DNA from: Desulfocapsaceae bacterium
GTDB taxonomy: Bacteria > Desulfobacterota > Desulfobulbia > Desulfobulbales > Desulfocapsaceae
Length of the DNA: 64,000 nucleotides
Direction: 5' to 3'
Assembly (NCBI GenBank): GCA_030653035.1
Contig: JAUSAB010000023.1
Coordinates: 4,282 to 68,281, forward strand
Shown here: positions 20,901 to 28,143 of the stretch, in pieces
How positions within the stretch are numbered: the stretch's first letter is position 1
How the letters are laid out: every line of letters begins with the position of its first letter
Translations under genes and position numbers: made by a program
Notes under the pieces: generated by a model
Told to the model about the DNA's origin: nothing
Databases searched by the model: none
What the model saw: only the letters and a program-made list of their open reading frames with translations

Positions 20901-21098
20901 CCCATTGCGCTTGGTATCGGTGTTGGGGCGGAATCACGGCGGCCGCTGGGGCTGGCAGTGGTCGGTGGGCTTCTGGTGTCGCAGTTCCTGACCCTCTATA
21001 TTACTCCGGTGATTTATTATTATCTGGATCGTGCGCAGACTTGGGTGATGGCCAGCTGCGTGCGGCAGCCTGTCGTGCAAGATCCAGATAGAGGGTGA
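17982..21098 (+). CDS. RND efflux transporter permease (AcrB/MdtB/MdtC family)
   Basis: 1038 aa. N-terminus ISELFIKRPVMTSLVMLAVVIFG, 12-TM architecture, conserved VVDDAIVMLENI and GIVKKNAIMMIDFA motifs. Confidence 0.95.
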   Translation: MNISELFIKRPVMTSLVMLAVVIFGLFAYHLLPVNDLPKIDYPTIQVTSNLPGASPETMASAVATPLERQFSTIAGLDSMNSTNGQGISIIVLKFTLEKDIDAAAQDVQAAISMAARQLPGDMPNPPSYKKVNPADSPVLYLALSSPTLPLSQINEFADTVISPRISMINGVAQVMVYGSQKYAVRVQLNPQALTSRKIGLEEVSAAIAKWNVNLPTGGLQGDKQTFTLLASGQLFNAEAFKSMVVAFRGNAPVRLSEIATISDSVENDKIAAWYNTKGKSTRAIVLAVQRQPGTNTIEVVDRIKAQIPSFRSQLPGAVEVDVLYDRSETIRASVADVKFTLLLTIGLVILVIFLFLRKLSATIIPSLALPISLIGTFAAMYSLGFSVNNITLMALTLSVGFVVDDAIVMLENIVRHMEAGEDPHTASLHGAKEIGFTIISMTISLVAVFIPVLFMSGMLGRMLHEFAVTITVAILISGVVSLTLTPMLCSRFLRSPKKEQHGQLYTAMENFFNGWLHLYERSLSAVLNYRRTTVLFTVATTVITVWLFTQMPMGLLPADDIGVIRGTSEGAQGVSFAEMKRNQQKLVEIVLQEPNVEAFMSSVGASGTRVGSNSGFLFMKLKPRQERELNADQIIQKLRPKLMSVPGINLFMQNPPPIQLDTTSSKAQYQFVLQSPDTEELYRQATDFEMKVRKLPMLQDVTSDLQIKNPQLTLEIDRDRAASLGVTAQQIEDTLYLAYGTRQVSTIYSPTNQYKVVLELDPHYQTDPAILGALFVRSTSGQMVPLSSLGQMKQGLGPLSVNHLGQITAVTLSFNLKPDVPLGDAVKAIEKEAKELPAVITTGFQGTAQVYQQSTTGLALLLILTILVIYIILGILYESYIHPLTILSGLPSAGLGALLTLLLFGKDLNLYSFVGIIMLVGIVKKNAIMMIDFALEMQRREGLTPLEAIFQGCLVRFRPIMMTTFAALMGTLPIALGIGVGAESRRPLGLAVVGGLLVSQFLTLYITPVIYYYLDRAQTWVMASCVRQPVVQDPDRG

Positions 21099-21207
21099 TT
21101 TTTTGGAAATAATTTTGCAGGTGTCGTAAATTATGATCTTTTGTCTTGCAACCTGATTCACTGCTCATTTGTGTTCGCGTATTTCTCTCTTTGCCTGGAG
21201 TTTTCTC

Positions 21208-21396
21208 ATGTCCTCTTTAAAATTGTTTGTTCTATTGATTGCTCTTCTTCTGCTTAATGGCTGTATCTTGACCAAGGTTGTGACCGTGCCGATGCGACTT
21301 GGTGGCGCAGTGATCTCCATTATTCCAGCGGTTGGGAATAGCGCCCATGATGCCATTGACGAAGCGGCGGAGATCGTTGATGCTGTTCCCCTCTGA
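21208..21396 (+). CDS. Small lipoprotein (62 aa)
   Basis: MSSLKLFVLLIALLLLNGC has a clear lipobox (LLNGC). The competing minus-strand 125-aa ORF looks non-protein-like. Confidence 0.45.
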   Translation: MSSLKLFVLLIALLLLNGCILTKVVTVPMRLGGAVISIIPAVGNSAHDAIDEAAEIVDAVPL

Positions 21397-21565
21397 GGTG
21401 GCAGAAATTTGTGTTGCTGCGTCGCTGATCCTTCACTGATTAGAGAGGATTCGTCCCATTTGCCAATCCAATAAAAGTGGAGTAGGCTAAAGGTGTTATT
21501 ATAGGTGGTATAATGAGGGACTAAAAAGTGTTTTTGGGCCATTTTAAACAGAACAGGTTTTGGAA

Positions 21566-22168
21566 ATGATTGTAGAAATAGCTCTAATCCTGGCCAGTTA
21601 TCTGATTGGGGCCATTCCCTTCGGGCTGCTTGTCGGCCGGATAGTCGGCGCTGACGTGCGCCGGGAAGGGAGCGGAAATATTGGCGCCACCAATGTGGGC
21701 CGGGTATTGGGAAAAAAATTGGGGATATTGACCTTAGTCTGCGATGTGGCCAAGGGATTCATGCCTGTTTGGGGGGCTGCCCTTATGCTTTCCCATACAA
21801 CAGCGGCCAGTGAGCTGATCGTGGTGATGTGTGGGCTGGCCGCTGTTGTCGGTCACATGTTTCCGGTGTATCTTAAATTTAAGGGGGGCAAAGGGGTGGC
21901 CACAGCCCTGGGTGTCTTCCTCTTTGTTTCCCCGTGGAGCATCCTGATCAGTTTGATTCTTTTTGTCGCCGCAGTTGCCGGATCCGGGTATGTCTCCGTG
22001 GGTTCACTGACGGCCACGGCCCTGCTCCCTCTGTGGCTCTGGATCTTTGGCGCATCTCCGGAAAATCAGGTGGTTGCGGTTATCATTGTTCTCCTCATCT
22101 GGTTCAAACATCGATCCAATATCGGCAGATTGCGGCGGGGCGAGGAAAAGGGCTGGAAAAAGGGTTGA
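21566..22168 (+). CDS. plsY: Glycerol-3-phosphate acyltransferase PlsY
   Basis: YLIGAIPFG, GSGNIGATNVGRVLG, and GGKGVATALGV within a multi-TM protein of ~200 aa. Confidence 0.9.
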   Translation: MIVEIALILASYLIGAIPFGLLVGRIVGADVRREGSGNIGATNVGRVLGKKLGILTLVCDVAKGFMPVWGAALMLSHTTAASELIVVMCGLAAVVGHMFPVYLKFKGGKGVATALGVFLFVSPWSILISLILFVAAVAGSGYVSVGSLTATALLPLWLWIFGASPENQVVAVIIVLLIWFKHRSNIGRLRRGEEKGWKKG

Positions 22169-22171
22169 ACC

Positions 22172-22510
22172 ATGACCAAGGAAGAATGGCAGGCCATTGA
22201 TGAGGCCAGACAGTTATTGAATCTGAGTGAGCGGGCCACCCTGGGTGAGATTAAGCGGGCCTATCGGCAGAGGTGCAAGCAGCACCATCCTGATAAGGTT
22301 GGTGACGAATCGGCAGGAGATGCGGTGATTATCCGGGAGCTTACCCGCAGTTATGATCTGCTCATGCGTTACTGTGAGCAGTTTCGAATCCCTTTGGTGC
22401 CGGGCGATGGTGAAAGTATAGATCCTGAAGACTGGTGGATGGATCGTTTTGGTCGTGACCCCCTGTGGGGGAAAAAAGAAGGACAAGCGAAAGCTGCTTC
22501 AAAAAAATAA
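22172..22510 (+). CDS. J-domain (DnaJ-like) protein
   Basis: LGEIKRAYRQRCKQHHPDKVG carries the HPD tripeptide in a J-domain context. 112 aa. Confidence 0.75.
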   Translation: MTKEEWQAIDEARQLLNLSERATLGEIKRAYRQRCKQHHPDKVGDESAGDAVIIRELTRSYDLLMRYCEQFRIPLVPGDGESIDPEDWWMDRFGRDPLWGKKEGQAKAASKK

Positions 22511-22614
22511 TATCAGCATTGAGCAGGAAAAACGGTAGAAGGAGCTGTAAGCGTAATAGCCTGCCAAGTCGTTGGCTGTTGCGTAACAGCTCCAAAAAAT
22601 AAGGAGAAACTTCA

Positions 22615-23007
22615 ATGGCACAAGAAGACAGAAGAGACCAGGAACGTTTTTCTCTCAGGCTGCAGACCAAGATCAGGGCGGAATCCCGTACCGGCGCAAC
22701 GCCCTTACTGGAGTTTGTCACCGCAGACATCAGCGCCGGCGGCGCTTTTATTGCAACCAGCCGCCCCTTACCCATTGCCAGTAAGGTGCGGCTGGAGTTC
22801 TTCCTCTCCCTTGCAGAGCTTTCCCACCTGCGGTTTGTTCTGGCCCGGGAAAGCCTCAAGGTGTGGCAGGGTGAACGGGCCTGGGTTACAGCGACCGGGG
22901 TGGTTATCCGCGTCGAAGATAGTGGGGTTGCCGTTATCTTCGACCAGAATTATCAGATTTCTCCTATCAGGAGCATAGATACGGAACCGGCATCCGTGCC
23001 TGAATAA
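22615..23007 (+). CDS. PilZ-domain protein (putative c-di-GMP receptor)
   Basis: RxxxR (RDQER) and DxSxxG (DISAGG) motifs at canonical spacing. 130 aa. Confidence 0.7.
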   Translation: MAQEDRRDQERFSLRLQTKIRAESRTGATPLLEFVTADISAGGAFIATSRPLPIASKVRLEFFLSLAELSHLRFVLARESLKVWQGERAWVTATGVVIRVEDSGVAVIFDQNYQISPIRSIDTEPASVPE

Positions 23008-23059
23008 GCGGTTATTGTCGCTGGGGTTCCGTGCTTCAGCGGAGATGAAGGCGTTTACG

Positions 23060-23971
23060 TTATTCCTTGGCAAAGAGCAGGGCTGCCCATTCCTTTTTCT
23101 GCTCCTGCCGGTTCAGCGAAAATCCCAATGCGGTAAAACAGGCGACAATATTGGTTACCTGTTGCCCGGCAAGGAGGCCGGAGAGGATCAGCTGACCGCC
23201 ACTTGCCGTCAAACGGCCAAGATCAGGGGCCAGTTCCAGCAGCACGTCATGGACAATATTGGCGATCACCAGGGAGAAAGGTGCGGTTAACGAGGCGAGG
23301 GGGGTGATCTGCACCTCCATAATCTGTTGCAACTTGTTGATTTCGATATTTTTCTTTGCTGCGCTTACGGCCTCAGGATCGTTGTCAATGGCCATGACCC
23401 TGGAGGCACCAAAAAGGGCGGCGGCCATTCCCAAGATCCCGGTACCGGTGCCCACATCAAGGACGCTGGTGTTTGATTTTCCCGCCAAGGCCGCCTGTAC
23501 AAGCTGCAAGGAGAGGCTGGTGGTGGCATGATGGCCGGTGCCAAAGGCCATGCCCGGGTCCATGACAATGACCTGTTCCTGCTCTTTGGGCTGATACTCC
23601 TCCCAGGTGGGGACGATGATCAGGCCGGGGATAATGGCAAAGGGCTTGAAATGTTCCTTCCAGGTTGCCGACCAGTCCTCGTCCTCGATAAAGGTGGTGG
23701 TGATGGTGGGGACGGCAACCTCAAAGATCGTCGCCAGCTCCTGCAGATGACTGGCGAGCTGTGTCAGGATGAGATTCGTATCCGGCTGATCCTCCTGATT
23801 CTTGTCAAACCAGGCGTTGAGTGTGGCTGTATCTCCTGGCTGATCCACGGCAAGCTCTACTCCTGCGCCGCTTATCCCCATCATGAAATCTTCAATCGCA
23901 TCGATCAGAACCGGATCGGTGGTAATAGAAACCTTGAGCCACTGGCGGGTTGAGTTGGGTTGTAAAGTCAT
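23060..23971 (-). CDS. prmA: Ribosomal protein L11 methyltransferase
   Basis: PrmA layout (W..HF.PF...IVP.WE, DPGMAFGTGHHATT, SAM motif VLDVGTGTGILGMAAALFGA, DNDPEAV). Confidence 0.9.
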   Translation of the reverse strand: MTLQPNSTRQWLKVSITTDPVLIDAIEDFMMGISGAGVELAVDQPGDTATLNAWFDKNQEDQPDTNLILTQLASHLQELATIFEVAVPTITTTFIEDEDWSATWKEHFKPFAIIPGLIIVPTWEEYQPKEQEQVIVMDPGMAFGTGHHATTSLSLQLVQAALAGKSNTSVLDVGTGTGILGMAAALFGASRVMAIDNDPEAVSAAKKNIEINKLQQIMEVQITPLASLTAPFSLVIANIVHDVLLELAPDLGRLTASGGQLILSGLLAGQQVTNIVACFTALGFSLNRQEQKKEWAALLFAKE

Positions 23972-24321
23972 TGTCTGGTTCTCCTGGCGTTGTCGATCTG
24001 GCTTCAGCCCGTTATTCTTGAGAGACGCCCCTGACGGTTGTCATCTTCTTTGGAGTCCCATGAAAAATTGTCTTTTTGACCAATCTCTGCGTTGTGCAAA
24101 AAAAATTTATCCTTGTAATATCAGCTATATGCTTGCAGTAAATTTTTTCTTACGCCTTGATCTTGCGCAAAAATCCTGATTTTTCAAGAGACTCTCTGAT
24201 CAAAGATTTTTATGAAACCTATCAAGGATATTTCTTGACAAGGGGCTGCTACCTGTTATTTTTCTTCAAATAATCCAATTATCCACTCAAGTCACCCTGA
24301 ATTTCAGATAAGGCAGATGTT

Positions 24322-26244
24322 ATGGAACATACCATACACTTTTTACCCGATGATATCCGTGTCAAAGTTGCACCCGGAGAAAATTTACTGACCGCTGCGG
24401 CTGCCGCCGGGGTCTATATCCATGCCTATTGCGGCGGGGACGGGGTCTGCGGCAAGTGCAAGGTGCATCTGGAACAGGGCGAGGTGGAAACTGATCATGC
24501 CGCTACCCTTAAACAGGCCGACTATGAGAAAGGGATTCGCCTGGCCTGCAAGACCCGGGTGGTATCGGATATTACGGTGCGGATTCCCGACACGATCAAG
24601 TCGGACGGCAAGGCCCTGAAACGGGAGCCCAAGACCACCCGGGCCATTTCCGCCCGCTCCATGGAGACCCTGGTCGGCACCTGGAAGATTGATCCGCCGG
24701 TGGGCAAACTGTTTCTTAAACTGTCGCCGCCCAGTATGGATGACAATGTCTCGGATATGCAGCGCTTGATGCGGGCCATAAAAATTGCGATGCCGGATAA
24801 TCCCGAACCCAACTATGACCACCCCCAGCTGATCCGGGAACTCTCCGGGATCCTGCGCGAGGCGGCCTGGGAGGTGACGGTTATCCTCCTGCACGGTAAG
24901 GGGGCGACCGAGCCTGACCGGATTATTGCAGTCGAGCCGGGGGATACCACCGACCGTCTCTATGGTCTGGCCATTGATATCGGCACCACCACGGTCAACG
25001 GGATCCTCATTGATCTGAACAGCGGCGAGGTCATCGTCGACGGTTCAGGCTATAATGCCCAGATCGGCTATGGCGAGGATGTTATCTCCCGTATGATTTA
25101 TGCCGCCCGTCCCGGCGGACTGAAGACCCTGCAGGAAAAGGTGGTCTATACCATCAATGGCATCATTGAAGAGATGTGCCACAAAGTGATGATCAGCCCC
25201 AGTGATATCAGCTACATAATGACTGCCGGCAACACGGTCATGGCCCATCTGCTGCTCGGCATCAATCCCCGTTATATTCGCGAGGCCCCGTATGTGCCCA
25301 GTGTCAGCCAGTTCCCGCTGACCAAGGCCGCCGATCTCGGTATCATGGCCCATCCCTCGGTCCGGCTCTTTCTCTATCCTTGTATCTCGTCTTATGTGGG
25401 CGGCGATATTGTGGCTGGGGTTCATGCCTGCCAGATGCACAAGAGCGAGCAGATATCGCTGTTCATTGATATCGGAACCAACGGTGAGATTGTGGTCGGT
25501 AATCAGGAGTGGATGGTCTGCGCTGCCTGCTCGGCAGGTCCGGCTTTTGAGGGCGGCGGCATCAAGCACGGGATGCGGGCCAGTCAGGGGGCCATAGAAA
25601 ATTTTCACATCCATCCCGAGACCTATGACCCGATGATCGTCACCATCGGTCATACCAAACCCAGGGGCATCTGCGGCTCCGGCCTGATCTCCATTGTCTC
25701 CGAACTGCTGGAGGCCGGTGTTATTGATCCTCAGGGCAAATTCAACCGGGAGCTGAATCATCCCCGGATTCGTGAGGGCGAGGATCGGTGGGAGTATGTT
25801 CTGGCCTGGGGCCATGACTCCATGACCGGTGAGGATGTGGTCATCACCGAGGTGGATCTGGACAACCTGATGCGGGCCAAGGGCGCCATGTATGCCGGAT
25901 ACCAGACCCTGCTCGAGTCGGTGGGCCTGGGATTCGGCGATCTGGACCGTATTATCCTTGCCGGCAATTTCGGCGCCTATATCGATCTGGAACGGGCCAT
26001 CTGCATCGGCCTGCTGCCGGATATTGACCGCGAGCGGTATTACTATATAGGCAATGCCTCGCAGCTGGGTTGTCAGATCAGTCTGCTGGATCATCGTCGT
26101 TTCCGGGATCGGGTGGATGTGCGCAAGCTGATGACCAATATGGAGTTGTCGGAGAATCCCGACTTTATGAATCATTATATGGCCGCTCTCTTCCTGCCGC
26201 ACACCGACATGAGTCTATTCCCATCGGTGCATCTCAAGAAATAA
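24322..26244 (+). CDS. Corrinoid activation/regeneration protein (RACo/AcsV-like: 2Fe-2S ferredoxin + ASKHA ATPase, DUF4445)
   Basis: N-terminal plant-type ferredoxin cysteines (YCGGDGVCGKCKV...LACK). ASKHA phosphate motifs (GLAIDIGTTTV, FIDIGTNGEIV, CSAGPAFEGGG). It lies next to a methyl-THF:corrinoid methyltransferase gene. Confidence 0.85.
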   Translation: MEHTIHFLPDDIRVKVAPGENLLTAAAAAGVYIHAYCGGDGVCGKCKVHLEQGEVETDHAATLKQADYEKGIRLACKTRVVSDITVRIPDTIKSDGKALKREPKTTRAISARSMETLVGTWKIDPPVGKLFLKLSPPSMDDNVSDMQRLMRAIKIAMPDNPEPNYDHPQLIRELSGILREAAWEVTVILLHGKGATEPDRIIAVEPGDTTDRLYGLAIDIGTTTVNGILIDLNSGEVIVDGSGYNAQIGYGEDVISRMIYAARPGGLKTLQEKVVYTINGIIEEMCHKVMISPSDISYIMTAGNTVMAHLLLGINPRYIREAPYVPSVSQFPLTKAADLGIMAHPSVRLFLYPCISSYVGGDIVAGVHACQMHKSEQISLFIDIGTNGEIVVGNQEWMVCAACSAGPAFEGGGIKHGMRASQGAIENFHIHPETYDPMIVTIGHTKPRGICGSGLISIVSELLEAGVIDPQGKFNRELNHPRIREGEDRWEYVLAWGHDSMTGEDVVITEVDLDNLMRAKGAMYAGYQTLLESVGLGFGDLDRIILAGNFGAYIDLERAICIGLLPDIDRERYYYIGNASQLGCQISLLDHRRFRDRVDVRKLMTNMELSENPDFMNHYMAALFLPHTDMSLFPSVHLKK

Positions 26245-26518
26245 TGGCGTCGCCAAAATGCCCAAATACTTCGTTGCCCTGCATCCTTCGTCACTGCGGC
26301 GTACCCAAAAGTACGCCTCATTCCTCAGGATTGGCGCGCCTCGTCTTTGAACATTTTTGCTTAGCCATCTTCTTGGGGACTTTTTAGAGACCGTTCTGCG
26401 GCCTGGGCTGAGAGTGGCCCTGACATTGACAGAAGAATGAATAATGGGTAAAATAAAGAGCTTTATTGATATCAATCCCTCTATTTAAGAGATAACTCAT
26501 CGAGACAAGGAGAACAGT

Positions 26519-27415
26519 ATGTCACAGAAAGTAATGGCAATTGCCGAAAGCATCAATATCATGGGAAAACGTAGCGGCACCGCCATGAAAGAGCGGATTC
26601 AGGGGCCCGTCCAGGAAATGGCCAAAGAAGAAGCGGCGGCTGGTGCTTCTTACCTTGACCTGAACATCGGACCTGCCCGCAAAGATGGTGTTGAGCTGAT
26701 GCCCTGGGTTGTGCAGACCGTTGAGGCCGTTACCGATGTTCCTCTCTGTCTCGATACCACCAATATGGATGCCATGACCGCCGGTTTCAAGGTGGTAAAA
26801 AATAAAGAACTGACCATCATGAACTCCATCTCTGCCCAGCCCGAGCGTATGCAGAATTTGATCCCGGTGGCCGCCGAGGCCGGATGCAATGTCATCGCCC
26901 TGCTTTGGGGACCGGATGGCATGCCGCGGGATTCAAACGAGCGCGCCTCCATGGCCGTTGACCTGATGATGGCCCTGAGCGAGGCCGGGATTCCCAATGA
27001 GAAGATGCTCTTTGATCCCATCGGCACCCCCATTACCCTCGGCGCCGATCAGATTGCCTCCGGCCTTGAGTTCATGATGATGCTGGCCGACATTGCCCCC
27101 GGCGCCGGTTCCACCGTCGGTCTGTCCAATGTCTCCAACGGCGTGGCCGAGCATCTGCGCAAGTATCTGGATCGCACCTATCTGATCATGCTGATGAAAT
27201 ACGGCATCACCACCGCCATCGTCAATGCCTACGATACCGAGCTGATGGCCATCTGCAAAGGCGAGCGTCAGGCCCATGTGGATATGGTTCATGCCATGAT
27301 GGATGGTGATGATCCCGATCCTTCAACCCTGAAAGACGTGGCCCTGCAGCATTACAAGACCTACAAGGCCCTGTCCGGTCAGTCGGTCTTCTCCGAGTCG
27401 TGGCTTGAGCTGTAA
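26519..27415 (+). CDS. acsE: Pterin-binding methyltetrahydrofolate:corrinoid/Fe-S protein methyltransferase (AcsE/MeTr-like)
   Basis: IAESINIMG..., YLDLNIGP, LCLDTTN, NSIS and LSNVSNG are motifs of the DHPS-like pterin-binding barrel used by MeTr. Genomic context with RACo supports the call. Confidence 0.75.
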   Translation: MSQKVMAIAESINIMGKRSGTAMKERIQGPVQEMAKEEAAAGASYLDLNIGPARKDGVELMPWVVQTVEAVTDVPLCLDTTNMDAMTAGFKVVKNKELTIMNSISAQPERMQNLIPVAAEAGCNVIALLWGPDGMPRDSNERASMAVDLMMALSEAGIPNEKMLFDPIGTPITLGADQIASGLEFMMMLADIAPGAGSTVGLSNVSNGVAEHLRKYLDRTYLIMLMKYGITTAIVNAYDTELMAICKGERQAHVDMVHAMMDGDDPDPSTLKDVALQHYKTYKALSGQSVFSESWLEL

Positions 27416-27443
27416 CGGTTGACTGGTACAATCTTTGTTTGAT

Positions 27444-27480
27444 GATGCCCCTTCGCGTATGCCAAGGGGCATCGTCGTTT
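27444..27480 (+). terminator. Rho-independent terminator after acsE
   Basis: 10-bp GC-rich stem GATGCCCCTT / AAGGGGCATC (27444-27453 and 27464-27473) with a 10-nt loop, followed by GTCGTTT. Confidence 0.6.
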
Positions 27481-27493
27481 CAGGAGGGTGGAA

Positions 27494-28042
27494 ACTATGT
27501 TGCGGGTCTCATCACATCATCTCGTCTATGGTTCTCTTCGGGATTATCTCACCGACGAGGAACTGACTGACACCGATGACGAGCGGAACAGGCAGCAACT
27601 GGCACGCATGATGGTTGAGGAAAAGGGCTATGCCAAAGAAGACCTTGAACCCCGCCGCTTTATCGAGACTCTTTTTTCCGCCCTGTTTGTCCGCTCCACC
27701 ATTGAGCTTGTGGTCAGCCTTGAGGGGAAGAGGTTCATGATTATCCGCTACGCCCCTGGCTCCCTGGTCACCCGAGAACGTTCGGCCATTGCCGCGGCCA
27801 GGGTATTGGAAAAGCAGTATCAGATCCCGCTGGCCGTGGTCACCAACGGCCGGGACGCGGAGCTGCTTGATACCGCCACCGGCCAGGTGCTGGTCACCGG
27901 CATGGAGGCCATCCCTGACTGCCGGCAGGCGCGGGAGCTTCTTCCCACCCTGGTCTTTCGCGAGAGGATGGAAGGCAAGAAGCGGGAGCGGGAACTGCGG
28001 ATTCTTAATGCCTTTGATGTGGAGATATGCTGTCGAAGATAG
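27494..28042 (+). CDS. HsdR-N-terminal-like (PD-(D/E)xK fold family) small protein, possibly catalytically degenerate
   Basis: The pattern ...EEKGYAKEDLEPRRFIE...IELVVSLEGKRFMIIRYAPG...IPLAVVTNGRDAELLD resembles the HSDR_N_2 family, but RY stands where E-x-K is usual. Called from memory of the family only. Confidence 0.45.
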   Translation, partial: TMLRVSSHHLVYGSLRDYLTDEELTDTDDERNRQQLARMMVEEKGYAKEDLEPRRFIETLFSALFVRSTIELVVSLEGKRFMIIRYAPGSLVTRERSAIAAARVLEKQYQIPLAVVTNGRDAELLDTATGQVLVTGMEAIPDCRQARELLPTLVFRERMEGKKRERELRILNAFDVEICCRR

Positions 28043-28143
28043 GGGTCAGGGGATTTTTGAAGAGGTCGGATTTGTGTTTAGTGGGACGGCCTGATGTCTT
28101 AGATTTCATTTTAAATACTTTTTGAGTAATATTCCTTTCTATT

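Noticed and set aside
21165-21542. A 125-aa minus-strand ORF between the RND pump and plsY.
   Set aside because: It has no recognisable motifs or SD. It overlaps a plus-strand small ORF with a clean signal peptide and lipobox, which is the more plausible gene, although itself only moderate confidence.
26245-26518. A possible cobalamin riboswitch upstream of the corrinoid-dependent methyltransferase gene acsE.
   Set aside because: I could not find a B12-box-like core or the expected multi-stem organisation, only a local nested hairpin. The GCCACT string is on the wrong strand and out of context.
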